From the NCBI RefSeq assembly GCF_000406145.1, contig NZ_CM001976.1, positions 2,132,161-2,164,160 on the forward strand: a DNA stretch of 32,000 nt, given 5' to 3'. Position 1 is the first letter of the stretch; each line of letters opens with the position of its first letter. The notes beneath the pieces were generated by a model. That model was not told the DNA's origin and made no database searches. It worked only from the letters and a program-made list of their open reading frames with translations. Position numbers and translations under genes: made by a program. Source of the stretch: Dickeya dadantii NCPPB 898 (GTDB taxonomy: Bacteria > Pseudomonadota > Gammaproteobacteria > Enterobacterales > Enterobacteriaceae). Of this stretch, positions 1-9,898 are shown piece after piece.

Positions 1-165
1 ATCAACGTGAGCAGCGACGGCACGATCCATGGATTTACCGCCACCGAACAGGATGGGCAGCGCAGCGCCTATACGCTGAAGAATCAGCAAAATGGCGAGG
101 CGGATGCCGCGAAGTTCCGCTTTACGCCGCCGAAAGGCGTAGCGGTGGACGACCAGCGTCAGTGA
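1..165 (+). CDS. lolA: Outer-membrane lipoprotein carrier protein LolA, C-terminal fragment (5' end lies outside the window)
   Basis: Frame 1 reads [54 protein letters not shown] and stops at TGA 163-165. This closely resembles the E. coli LolA C-terminus as I recall it. lolA precedes rarA in E. coli. Confidence 0.85.
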   Translation: MNVSSDGTIHGFTATEQDGQRSAYTLKNQQNGEADAAKFRFTPPKGVAVDDQRQ

Positions 166-172
166 GGCGTGT

Positions 173-1516
173 GTGAGCAACCTGTCACTCGATTTTTCCA
201 GTAATCAGTTCCAGCCGCTGGCCGCGCGGATGAGGCCGGCCAAGCTGGCGCAATATATCGGTCAACAGCATCTGTTGGGGCCTGGCAAACCGCTGCCGCG
301 CGCGATTGAAGCGGGGCAACTTCACTCCATGATTCTGTGGGGGCCGCCGGGGACTGGAAAAACGACGCTGGCCGAGTTGATTGGTCGTTACGGGCAGGCC
401 GATGTGGAGCGGATTTCCGCCGTGACCTCCGGCATCAAGGAAATTCGCGAGGCGATTGAGCGTGCGCGCCAGAACCGGGATGCCGGGCGCCGTACCATCC
501 TGTTTGTGGACGAAGTGCATCGCTTCAATAAAAGCCAGCAGGACGCCTTTCTGCCGCACATTGAAGACGGCACCATCACCTTTATTGGCGCCACCACTGA
601 GAACCCGTCGTTTGAACTGAACTCGGCGCTGTTGTCCCGTGCTCGTGTCTATCTGCTTAAGGCGCTGAGCGCCGACGATATCGAGCAGGTGCTGGATCAG
701 GCGTTGCAGGACAAGGAACGGGGGCTGGGCGGGCAGCAGATTGTTCTGCCGGACGACACCCGCCGCCTGCTGGCTGAGCTGGTAAACGGCGATGCCCGGC
801 GCTCGCTGAATCTACTGGAAATGATGGCCGATATGGCGGAAGTGGACGCCAGCGGCCAACGCGTATTGACATCGGCCTTGCTGAAGGAAGTATCCGGTGA
901 ACGTAGCGCCCGTTTCGACAACAAAGGCGATCGCTATTACGACCTGATTTCCGCGCTGCATAAATCGGTGCGCGGTTCGGCGCCGGATGCCGCCTTGTAC
1001 TGGTATGCCCGTATCATCACCGCCGGTGGCGATCCTTTGTATGTCGCGCGGCGTTTGCTGGCTATCGCGTCTGAAGATGTGGGCAACGCCGATCCACGGG
1101 CGATGCAGGTAGCGATTGCCGCCTGGGATTGTTTCACCCGCGTCGGTCCGGCGGAGGGAGAGCGCGCCATCGCTCAGGCGATAGTCTATCTGGCGTGTGC
1201 GCCGAAGAGTAATGCGGTGTATACCGCGTTTAAATCGGCGATGCATGATGCCCGCGAGAAGCCGGATTACGACGTGCCGGAGCACTTGCGCAATGCGCCA
1301 ACCCGCCTGATGAAAGAGATGGGGCTGGGCGCCGAATATCGCTATGCGCATGATGAAGATAACGCTTACGCCGCCGGTGAAGTGTATTTCCCGCCTGAAA
1401 TGGCAGAAACGCACTACTATCAGCCGACTTCGCGGGGTTTGGAAGCCAAGATTGGCGAAAAGCTGGCCTGGCTCGCTGCTCAGGATCAAAATAGCCCGAC
1501 AAAACGCTACCGCTAG
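173..1516 (+). CDS. rarA: Replication-associated recombination protein A (AAA+ ATPase RarA/MgsA/YcaJ)
   Basis: 447-aa ORF with a GTG start. It is near-collinear with E. coli RarA (MSNLSLDFS..., Walker [21 protein letters not shown]-terminal ...NSPTKRYR). Position between lolA and serS is conserved. Confidence 0.95.
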   Translation: MSNLSLDFSSNQFQPLAARMRPAKLAQYIGQQHLLGPGKPLPRAIEAGQLHSMILWGPPGTGKTTLAELIGRYGQADVERISAVTSGIKEIREAIERARQNRDAGRRTILFVDEVHRFNKSQQDAFLPHIEDGTITFIGATTENPSFELNSALLSRARVYLLKALSADDIEQVLDQALQDKERGLGGQQIVLPDDTRRLLAELVNGDARRSLNLLEMMADMAEVDASGQRVLTSALLKEVSGERSARFDNKGDRYYDLISALHKSVRGSAPDAALYWYARIITAGGDPLYVARRLLAIASEDVGNADPRAMQVAIAAWDCFTRVGPAEGERAIAQAIVYLACAPKSNAVYTAFKSAMHDAREKPDYDVPEHLRNAPTRLMKEMGLGAEYRYAHDEDNAYAAGEVYFPPEMAETHYYQPTSRGLEAKIGEKLAWLAAQDQNSPTKRYR

Positions 1517-1604
1517 CATTAACGTTGCGGTAAGGTTATTCCGAGATTTTCTGCTGCACGGCGCCGCTGTCGGCGCCCTGTAATTATCAATATCCCCTTA
1601 ATAA

Positions 1605-2918
<1,314 letters not shown>

Positions 2919-2953
2919 CGCCATCAACCTCGACAGCGTTTACTCTCTCGTTA

Positions 2954-2978
2954 AAGCGTCCTTCGGGGCGCTTTTTTT
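2954..2978 (+). terminator. Rho-independent terminator of serS
   Basis: AAGCGTCC-TTCG-GGGCGCTT forms an 8-bp stem with one G-U pair. A run of T residues follows, and the element starts 36 nt after the serS stop. Confidence 0.8.
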
Positions 2979-3010
2979 ATGGCTGAAATCACACCTCGCC
3001 GCGGTCATAG

Positions 3011-3036
3011 CGCGCGGAATTGTCTGATTCCGCGCG
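3011..3036. repeat. Perfect 10-bp inverted repeat (CGCGCGGAAT-N6-ATTCCGCGCG), function unknown
   Basis: Read directly from the sequence in the serS/dmsD-like intergenic region. Confidence 0.6.
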
Positions 3037-3049
3037 GATATCGGTATGG

Positions 3050-3075
3050 ATAAGAGGATTCAGGCATCCTCTTAT
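3050..3075. repeat. Perfect 10-bp inverted repeat (ATAAGAGGAT-N6-ATCCTCTTAT), function unknown
   Basis: Read directly from the sequence, 13 nt after the previous hairpin. Stem and loop lengths are the same, but the sequence is unrelated. Confidence 0.6.
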
Positions 3076-3211
3076 GGAGCGCCGGCTCGCAGGGTTCTAA
3101 GTTTTTTGTCGTTGCACTGGCCGGAGCTGACTCAACTGAGGAAAGAACGGGTGGTGGCAGGATGAGAGCAAGGGGGGAAACCTCCTGAAGACAGAGTCAA
3201 CGAGGTGATTT

Positions 3212-3826
3212 ATGCCAAGACATATCGTTAGCCTGACCGGGCGGTTGCTAGGCGCTTTACTCTATTACGCGCCGGATGATGAACACAACGTAGCGTGTAT
3301 TGAACGCCTGAGACATCAGATGTGGCAACAGACATGGCCGTGTGGAAACCGGGCTGATATTGCCATTGCCGCCCGGCAAATTCAGCTTGGCTTGCAGCCG
3401 GGCTACGATGAAACGTTGTCGGTGGCCTGGCGGCGATTATTCAACAGCGGCGAGGGCGTGCCGGCGCCGCCCTGGGGGTCGGTATACCTTGACCGGCAAA
3501 ACGTGTTGTTTGGTGATTCGACACTGGCGTTGCGCCGCTGGTTGCGAGAGCTGGGGATAGAGCCGCGTTGCGATCGGCACGAGCCGGAGGACCATATTGG
3601 CCTGATGCTGATGCTGGCAGCGTGGTGTGCGGAGAATCAGCCGGACAGCCTGTCGGAATTGCTTACCGAGCATTTGCTTCCCTGGGCGATGCGCTATCTG
3701 GATTTGCTGGAGTGTCACTGTCGTCACCCGTTTTATCAGGGCGTGGCGCGGTTAACCCGCATCACGCTGCAGGATTGGCAGGCACGCTTCCAGCTAATCC
3801 AGATGGAAAAAGCATTGTTTTATTGA
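3212..3826 (+). CDS. dmsD: TorD-family redox-enzyme maturation protein, DmsD-like Tat proofreading chaperone
   Basis: 204-aa ORF with a GAGGTG RBS. It aligns well with E. coli DmsD as I recall it (LGALLYYAPD; WGSVYLDRQNVLFGDSTLALRRW; EPEDHIGLMLMLAAWCAEN; HPFYQGVARLTRITLQDWQ). Confidence 0.8.
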   Translation: MPRHIVSLTGRLLGALLYYAPDDEHNVACIERLRHQMWQQTWPCGNRADIAIAARQIQLGLQPGYDETLSVAWRRLFNSGEGVPAPPWGSVYLDRQNVLFGDSTLALRRWLRELGIEPRCDRHEPEDHIGLMLMLAAWCAENQPDSLSELLTEHLLPWAMRYLDLLECHCRHPFYQGVARLTRITLQDWQARFQLIQMEKALFY

Positions 3827-4005
3827 ATAGCGTTGTTATCGAACGGTGTTTTTGGAGTGGGTTGTGCTTGATTGAATGTTGTCTTTACAGCCTGCTGGCA
3901 ATACCGTCGGTACAATGTCTGATGGCGAGTCGGCGTCTGGTTTGCAGAAATACACGGCTCGCTGCGCATCCCATGACGAATAGGGACAGTCACGGTATGT
4001 CGCTG

Positions 4006-4611
4006 TTAACCGTAGCGGGCGGCGCGCTGCCAGGCAGGCCGCGCCCGCATCGCTTCGAGTAAGCGCCAGAGATTGGCGTGTGACGGGGTGAGCCAGCCGC
4101 GCTGGGCGGCAATATCCAGTGGGAATCCCATCATGATGTCCGCGGCTGAAAACGCATCGCCTGCCAGCCAGGGAAATTTTCCGACTTCCTGTTCCAAAAA
4201 TCCATAGTGCAGATTGAGTTGGGTGCTGACCATGCCGCGAATCGGCCAGCCAAAAGGTCCCATTTTGTGAGCGACCAGTTTCAGCAGCATGGCCGACATC
4301 AGCGAACCTTCAGCGTAGTGCATCCAGTAGCGATAGCGCCAGATGTTTGGGCTGTCGCTCGGCGGAGCCAGCTGCGGGCCAAATGTGGCCACCAAATATT
4401 CCAGGATTAAACCGGTTTCCGCCAGCACCTGACCATCGTGTTCAACTACCGGCGCTTTCCCCAGCGGATGAATATCCCGCAAGGCATGTGGGGCGCGCAG
4501 GGTGGCTTTGTTGCGCTGATAATTGATGACGTCGTAAGGGACATCCAGCTCTTCCAGTAGCCATAAAACCCGCTGTGAGCGGGAGCCATTCAAATGATGA
4601 ACACGAATCAT
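4006..4611 (-). CDS. Glutathione S-transferase, GTT1-like subfamily
   Basis: MIRVHHLNGSRSQRVLWLLEELDVPYDVINYQRN..LRAP..IHPLGKAPVVE, YWMHYAEGSLM and SAADIMMGFPL parallel yeast Gtt1 and bacterial GTT1-like GSTs. I prefer the ATG at 4611 (AGGA 8 nt upstream). The ORF-track start at 4653 would add 14 residues. Confidence 0.85.
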   Translation of the reverse strand: MIRVHHLNGSRSQRVLWLLEELDVPYDVINYQRNKATLRAPHALRDIHPLGKAPVVEHDGQVLAETGLILEYLVATFGPQLAPPSDSPNIWRYRYWMHYAEGSLMSAMLLKLVAHKMGPFGWPIRGMVSTQLNLHYGFLEQEVGKFPWLAGDAFSAADIMMGFPLDIAAQRGWLTPSHANLWRLLEAMRARPAWQRAARYG

Positions 4612-4789
4612 GGGGAACGTCCTGTCGGCAGGGGGGAAATACTGCGATGTCACACCGCGGGCGGCGACAAAAAGAGAGGACTAAAACCCATTTTCTTTCT
4701 GCCGTGTGGCTGTATTTTTTTGCCAGCGGTACAGGCAACCCGCTGTTTCCAATCGCGTGGTCGTGGTGGAAAAGCGGGTTGGGCGCAGC

Positions 4790-5434
4790 TTACTGATTGT
4801 CTGCCACCAGTTTTACCAGGTAGTCATGCCAGTCGTCAGGGCGACCCAGCCAGGGAGCAATATTCAGCGTGGTGAAGATATCGTCTACCGCGAAGACCAG
4901 CGTCGGAAAACCCGCACCGCCCGACTGGGTAAGCCATTGGCGGCTCTCTTCGATATGTTTGCGAGTCGGCAGACCGCGCCAGTGGGTACACGCGTTTTCG
5001 AAATCGTCCAGCGACAGACCGATTTCTACCGCCATTTTCATCAGGACAGGAGGGTCGGAGATGCGCAGACCCTCGACATAGTGGGCGCGTTGCAGGCGTT
5101 CAAGCAGGTCGAGTCCCCGGCCGCCCAGTTCCTCCGCCGCCAGAATCGCTGTCGTTGGCGGTTCAGAGTCCAGCGTTGCCGTCACGTCCCAGAGCAGGCC
5201 GTTGAAATAGCCATCGCCAAACGGTTGACCGCTCATCTGGGCAATGCGGCGGTCATGCGGTTGAACATAATCCCGCCATTCCGGGGTAATGCGGCGTCGG
5301 TTCGGTCCGGTCATCATGCCGCCGGCGTGCAGCACAACAGGCAACCCTTCGATTTTACGGGCTGCATGGATTAACGGCGCTGCGGCGTAACACCAACCGC
5401 ACAGCGGGTCGAAGATGTAGTGTAGCCTGTTCAT
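4790..5434 (-). CDS. DsbA-family thioredoxin-fold protein (kappa-GST / HCCA-isomerase-like), cytoplasmic
   Basis: 214-aa ORF beginning MNRLHYIFDPLCGWCY, with an N-terminal CxxC (CGWC) motif typical of DsbA-like oxidoreductases and no signal peptide. The overlapping plus-strand 222-aa ORF has no motifs. Confidence 0.8.
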   Translation of the reverse strand: MNRLHYIFDPLCGWCYAAAPLIHAARKIEGLPVVLHAGGMMTGPNRRRITPEWRDYVQPHDRRIAQMSGQPFGDGYFNGLLWDVTATLDSEPPTTAILAAEELGGRGLDLLERLQRAHYVEGLRISDPPVLMKMAVEIGLSLDDFENACTHWRGLPTRKHIEESRQWLTQSGGAGFPTLVFAVDDIFTTLNIAPWLGRPDDWHDYLVKLVADNQ

Positions 5435-5672
5435 TCATACGCTCCGTATGTTGCCCGGGGTGTCGGGCACATCAGAAAAGGGAAAGAGACTGGTTATCGC
5501 GCCACGCGCCTTTCCGAGAGAGTGTGGGAATGGCAGCCCGTTATTATCGCCGTGTGGCGCTCTGCCTTAATTATTGTCTATTTCCTGAGAGTTAGCAGGC
5601 GATGACGTAATTTTCTGCACCCGTTCTGCGATCAGGGATCGCAAACCTGAAAGAAAAGTGACCCGCCCCGAG

Positions 5673-5709
5673 CCAGAGGCGAACCGCTGACGGTCGCCTC
5701 TGGTTTTTG
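5673..5709 (+). terminator. Canonical intrinsic terminator oriented on the plus strand, with no plus-strand gene upstream
   Basis: CCAGAGGCGA-N11-TCGCCTCTGG is a 10-bp perfect stem followed by TTTTTG on the plus strand. On the minus strand the hairpin is preceded by A5 and followed by CUCGGGG, so there is no U-tract. Confidence 0.6.
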
Positions 5710-5720
5710 CCTGTTGGTTC

Positions 5721-6596
5721 TCAGGGCCACTGCATCTCGCCTTTGATGACCTTGGCGCCCAGCTCCAGCGAGGCGGCCTCGCCGAGGTCCGGGTAGGCGC
5801 GTTTCATCGCTTCGACCAGCGCTGTACTGTTGGCCGATGATGGGACGTTTTTCTCGAAGGTCTTCAGGTACTGGCGGGTAAATTTCACATTTTTCGGCGA
5901 CCAGGGCGCGGAGCCGTCTTTATTCGGCAGATAGTGGCTCGGCACTACGGTAGTCGGTTTAAGCTTATCGATCGCGTCCAGATCCGCCAGCCAGTGTTGA
6001 CGCGAGGTAACCGTCTGGGTATCCGCTGCCCATACATGGATATTCGCCGCGGTATGCACGCCGCCGACGACGGCTTTCAGCGAAGGAATCCAGACGAAAG
6101 TGCGGTCCGGCGTTGCGCCTTTCAGGCCAACGATGTCAATCGCGTTGCCTTCGAGTGTCAAATGGTCCGCGTTTAGTGCCTGCGGCACCACGACCTGTTT
6201 TGGCGCGTTCTCTTTCAGAATCGGTCCCCAGTAAGCCACCTTTTTGTCCCTGGTGGCGTTGATGGCGGAGATGGTCTGCGGCGTAGCGACGATCTGCGCG
6301 GTAGGGAATGCGGCTTTCAGCACATCCAGTCCGAAATAAAAATCCGGATCACTGTGGCTGATATAGATGGTTCTCAGGTTCTTTCCGGTGGCGCGGATTT
6401 TTTCCACCAGCTTTTCGGCATCGTTACGCTGGAACTGGGCGTCGATCAGCAAGGCATCATGTTCACCGGTAATGATTTCAGACGATACCGGGAAGACTGA
6501 TTTTTCACCGGGGTTGTAAACCTCCATCTTCAGGGCAGCGGAGGCGGAAAACGCCATGGAAGCGAATAGGGTGGCGAGCAGGGTTTGTTTTAACAT
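5721..6596 (-). CDS. Periplasmic MBL-fold metallo-hydrolase-like protein
   Basis: Signal peptide MLKQTLLATLFASMAFSASA/ALK. Beta-lactamase-fold pattern (DALLIDAQ..., YISHSDPDFYFG, later His residues). I prefer the start at 6596 (AAAGGTG RBS). The ORF track extends to 6641. Confidence 0.75.
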   Translation of the reverse strand: MLKQTLLATLFASMAFSASAALKMEVYNPGEKSVFPVSSEIITGEHDALLIDAQFQRNDAEKLVEKIRATGKNLRTIYISHSDPDFYFGLDVLKAAFPTAQIVATPQTISAINATRDKKVAYWGPILKENAPKQVVVPQALNADHLTLEGNAIDIVGLKGATPDRTFVWIPSLKAVVGGVHTAANIHVWAADTQTVTSRQHWLADLDAIDKLKPTTVVPSHYLPNKDGSAPWSPKNVKFTRQYLKTFEKNVPSSANSTALVEAMKRAYPDLGEAASLELGAKVIKGEMQWP

Positions 6597-6657
6597 GGTA
6601 ATACACCTTTCTGAATAAGATGGCGTCATGGTAAATTTCATTTTAGTAAAGAAAAAC

Positions 6658-6672
6658 TCTGTCTGCCGGACA
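6658..6672. promoter_or_regulatory. Dyad CTGTC-N5-GACAG in the divergent MBL/LysR intergenic region (possible LysR-type box)
   Basis: A palindrome is seen in the sequence between the divergent starts at 6596 and 6696. LysR regulators typically bind interrupted dyads in such regions. Function is inferred only. Confidence 0.3.
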
Positions 6673-6695
6673 GCTTTGTTGCATAAAACGGACGA

Positions 6696-7607
6696 ATGAT
6701 GGATAGAATTACCGCTGCGCAGGTCTTTGTCGCCATAACCGAGCAGGGTAGCCTAACGGGGGCGGCGCAGGCGCTGGAGATGTCGCGCGCCATGGTGACG
6801 CGCTATCTGGCCGAAATGGAACGCTGGGCTGAAGCCCGATTATTACATCGCAGCACCCGGCAACTGAGCCTGACCAGCGAGGGTGAGGCGGTATTGCGGC
6901 ACTGCCGTGAATTGATTGCGGTGTCGCAAAAACTGGAGATGCCTTCCCGCGGTAGAAAGGAACCCTCCGGGCTAATGCGATTGACCTGCTCCCCGTCACT
7001 GGCGCAAACGACGCTGGTGGCGGCGATCACCACCTATCTGCGGCGTTATCCCAAGACGGCCGTTGACCTGCAGGTGGCGAGTCAGACCCTGAATCTGATC
7101 GAGGAGCGTATCGATCTGGCGATTCGCATTACCAGCCAATTGGACTCGGGGCTCATCGCCCGCCGGCTGGGGGGATGCCCGTCGGTGGTGTGCGCGGCGC
7201 CATCCTATCTGGCCGAACATGGCACGCCGCAGCGTGTGGAGGATCTGGCGGTGCATAACTGCCTGACCTATTCCTTTTTTGGCAAGAGCCTGTGGCGTTT
7301 TACCCGCAAAGTTGAGGCCGTGGCGATACCGGTCAGCGGCAGTTTCAGCGCCAATGACTCGCTGATGTTGCTGGAGGCGGCGTTGAATGGCGCAGGCGTA
7401 AGTCTGCAACCGGTTTATTCCGTCACGGATCTGATCGCCAGCAAGCGGCTTATTGCCCTGTTTCCCGAAGTACAACCACAGGAACTGGACATTTATGCGG
7501 TTTATCACTCCCGTGAACGTATGCCGTCCGCACTGCGGGCATTGGTGGATTTTCTGGCGGAATGGTTCGATAGCAACCTGGAATGGAAACGGGTTTCTCG
7601 CCGCTGA
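6696..7607 (+). CDS. LysR-family transcriptional regulator
   Basis: 303-aa ORF with an N-terminal wHTH (FVAITEQGSLTGAAQALEMSRAMVTRYLAEME) and a LysR substrate-binding-like C-terminal domain. It is divergent from the MBL-fold gene. Confidence 0.9.
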   Translation: MMDRITAAQVFVAITEQGSLTGAAQALEMSRAMVTRYLAEMERWAEARLLHRSTRQLSLTSEGEAVLRHCRELIAVSQKLEMPSRGRKEPSGLMRLTCSPSLAQTTLVAAITTYLRRYPKTAVDLQVASQTLNLIEERIDLAIRITSQLDSGLIARRLGGCPSVVCAAPSYLAEHGTPQRVEDLAVHNCLTYSFFGKSLWRFTRKVEAVAIPVSGSFSANDSLMLLEAALNGAGVSLQPVYSVTDLIASKRLIALFPEVQPQELDIYAVYHSRERMPSALRALVDFLAEWFDSNLEWKRVSRR

Positions 7608-7726
7608 AACGAACCTGTATCGACAGATGAGCAAATTGTGCGGCAGCGGATAACAAGGCGATTGACTTTGCCATTGCCAGTGGCATGATGCGCGCAAAAT
7701 ATCCTCTCTTTCCGGTTTGTCTCTCC

Positions 7727-8875
7727 ATGTCAACCTATACGCGCCCGGTGTTACTGCTGCTCTGCGGGCTGTTGCTGCTTACTGTTTGTCTGGCCGTTTT
7801 GAATACGCTGGTGCCGTTATGGCTCAATGATCGTCAATTGCCGGTCTGGCAGGTCGGCGTGGTAGGTTCGGCCTATTTTAGCGGCAACTTGCTGGGAACG
7901 CTGGTGGCTGGCGGGTTGATTCGGCTCTATGGTTTTAACCGCAGTTATTATCTGGCTACCCTGATGTTTGGGCTGGCGACCGCAGCGCTGGCGTTGTCGC
8001 CGGATGTCGGGAGCTGGATGCTGTGGCGCTTTGTCGCCGGTGTCGCTTGCGCGCTGATTTGGGTGATAGTGGAAAGCGCGCTGTTGTGCAGTGGTAATGC
8101 GCTCAACCGGGGGCAACTGCTGGCTGCTTACATGATGGCCTACTATCTGGGCAGCGTAGTAGGGCAACTGCTGTTGGGGATGGTGCCAACCGCATTATTC
8201 AGCATTTTGCCCTGGCTGGTGGCGTTGACGCTGCTGGCGGTGCTGCCGCTGTTGTTTGCCCGCATTCCGCCGCCGCAGCCCGTCACTCAGCGCGTCAATG
8301 TCTGGCGCATGTTGCGTTATCGTACCGCCCGACTAGGCATTCAGGGATGCGTGATTTCCGGGATCATTCTTGGCTCCTTGTATGGCTTGATGCCGCTATA
8401 TCTGGCCCATCAGGGCATGAGCGATGCTAACGTCGGCTACTGGATGGCGTTATTGATCAGCGCCGGCATCCTCGGGCAGTGGCCGGTCGGGCGGATGGCG
8501 GATCGTTATGGGCGATTATCGGTACTGCGGGTGCTGGTTTTCGCCGTCATTCTCGGCTCGCTGGTCATGCTGGCTCCGGGGCGATACAGCATGGCTCCGT
8601 CGCTGTTTCTGCTCGGCGCCGCCGGGTTCACGTTATATCCGGTGGCGATGTCGTGGGCGTGTGAAAAGGTGGCGCCCAGCGAGCTGGTAGCCATGAATCA
8701 GGCGTTGTTGCTCAGTTATACCATCGGCAGCCTGTGTGGCCCGAGCCTGGCGGCAATGCTGATGCAGACTTATTCCGACCAGTTGTTGTTCGTACTTATT
8801 GCGGCGGTATCGCTGGGATACCTGATCATATTGATGAAGAAAGCCGATCATCATCCCCGGCCGCTGGCGGTGTGA
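7727..8875 (+). CDS. ycaD: MFS transporter YcaD
   Basis: [19 protein letters not shown]... is collinear with E. coli YcaD (MSTYTQPVMLLLSGLLLLT...). It has multiple TM segments. The homology-supported start is 7727; the ORF track starts at 7685. Confidence 0.9.
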   Translation: MSTYTRPVLLLLCGLLLLTVCLAVLNTLVPLWLNDRQLPVWQVGVVGSAYFSGNLLGTLVAGGLIRLYGFNRSYYLATLMFGLATAALALSPDVGSWMLWRFVAGVACALIWVIVESALLCSGNALNRGQLLAAYMMAYYLGSVVGQLLLGMVPTALFSILPWLVALTLLAVLPLLFARIPPPQPVTQRVNVWRMLRYRTARLGIQGCVISGIILGSLYGLMPLYLAHQGMSDANVGYWMALLISAGILGQWPVGRMADRYGRLSVLRVLVFAVILGSLVMLAPGRYSMAPSLFLLGAAGFTLYPVAMSWACEKVAPSELVAMNQALLLSYTIGSLCGPSLAAMLMQTYSDQLLFVLIAAVSLGYLIILMKKADHHPRPLAV

Positions 8876-8900
8876 GCGCGTGATTTCAGGTCCGACTACT

Positions 8901-9830
8901 TCATGACTGGCGACGACGGCCGGTCAGGGAAAGTTGCCCGGCCTCAACGATATTGTTCCACAATACTTCGGCGACCGGGCTCAGCCGCTGTTTGGCATTG
9001 CGGACCAGATAAAAAATACTGCTGAGTTGCAGGCTATCCGGCGCGATGGCGGTCAGTTTCCCCTCCTGTACCCAGCGAGAAGCGTAGTGGTCCGGCAGAA
9101 AACCTACATGGGTGCCGGCCAGAATCAGTAGCATGCAACCTTCCTCGTTACAGACTATGCTCTGTTGCCCCTGTTTGGCTACTGGCCCCAGCTGTTTGCA
9201 GACTTCACTTATGGGGTAACCGCTAATCAGCAGCCGTTTCGGGTTCAGAGTGCCGTTGCGCCACTCTTGTTCGATGCGTTCGGCGTGTTCAACGGCGGCG
9301 TAAAATGAACTGTGCTCAATAAATGCGGGCTGGAAGAAAAGATCCGGCGGCGCATCGGCCGGCAGAACCGTTAATACCACATCCAGCTCGCTGTTGCGCA
9401 GTCGTTCCATCAGGGCATGATGGTCGCTGATGCTCAGGTTCATTGAGACATCGGGACTTAGCTCGAACAGGCGGCGAATTGCCAGCGCAACGGCTTGATC
9501 CGGATGAGAAACGATATTATCCAGACAACCAATCCGCACCTCGCCTATCAGTTCATGTTTGATGCGGGCCAGACGGTTGGCGAAGTCATCCAGCGTGGCA
9601 ATCACCGATCGCGCTTCCTGATAGACCACTTCACCTTCGGTAGTTAGCGAGAAACCACCGCGGCCGCGTTCACACAAAATCAACCCCAACGTGTCTTCCA
9701 GCCGGGAAAGGTAGTGGCTTAGTACCGGCTGGCTCAGCCCGGTGGCGTCTTGTGCGTTGGTGATGCCTTTTTTCTCAACAATTTTGCAGAATAGTTTCAG
9801 CCAGCGAATTTCCAGTTTGTCGAGCCGCAT
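8901..9830 (-). CDS. LysR-family transcriptional regulator
   Basis: wHTH (IVEKKGITNAQDATGLSQPVLSHYLSRLED) plus a LysR effector domain. I prefer the ATG at 9830 (AGGGG about 10 nt upstream) over the GTG at 9851. It sits where the LysR gene ycaN lies in E. coli, but orthology is not established. Confidence 0.85.
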   Translation of the reverse strand: MRLDKLEIRWLKLFCKIVEKKGITNAQDATGLSQPVLSHYLSRLEDTLGLILCERGRGGFSLTTEGEVVYQEARSVIATLDDFANRLARIKHELIGEVRIGCLDNIVSHPDQAVALAIRRLFELSPDVSMNLSISDHHALMERLRNSELDVVLTVLPADAPPDLFFQPAFIEHSSFYAAVEHAERIEQEWRNGTLNPKRLLISGYPISEVCKQLGPVAKQGQQSIVCNEEGCMLLILAGTHVGFLPDHYASRWVQEGKLTAIAPDSLQLSSIFYLVRNAKQRLSPVAEVLWNNIVEAGQLSLTGRRRQS

Positions 9831-9872
9831 AATGAATGTGCCCCTGAACACATAGCCATTTTAACTGTTAGC

Positions 9873-9898
9873 ATTGAAATAAATCGATTTTATTCAAT
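9873..9898. promoter_or_regulatory. 26-bp near-palindrome ATTGAAATAAATCGATTTTATTCAAT (11 of 13 pairs), candidate LysR operator
   Basis: Read from the sequence. It is centred about 55 bp upstream of the LysR start at 9830 and is AT-rich with T-N11-A-type symmetry. Function is inferred. Confidence 0.4.

Noticed and set aside
3568-4062. A 164-aa plus-strand ORF spanning the dmsD-like 3' end and the convergent spacer
   Set aside because: It is out of frame with the well-supported DmsD-like CDS and overlaps the GST 3' end. It has no motif and no RBS.
4706-5374. A 222-aa plus-strand ORF overlapping the DsbA-like gene
   Set aside because: The minus-strand product carries an N-terminal FDPLCGWCY thioredoxin-fold motif and a plausible start. 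The plus-strand product is Arg-rich with no motif.
6996-7733. A 245-aa minus-strand ORF antisense to the LysR gene, with similar antisense ORFs at 812-1519, 10441-11163 and 18898-19650
   Set aside because: Each lies opposite a confidently identified gene (LysR, rarA, pflA, aroA). All have Arg/Gly/His-rich compositions typical of antisense frames in GC-rich DNA.
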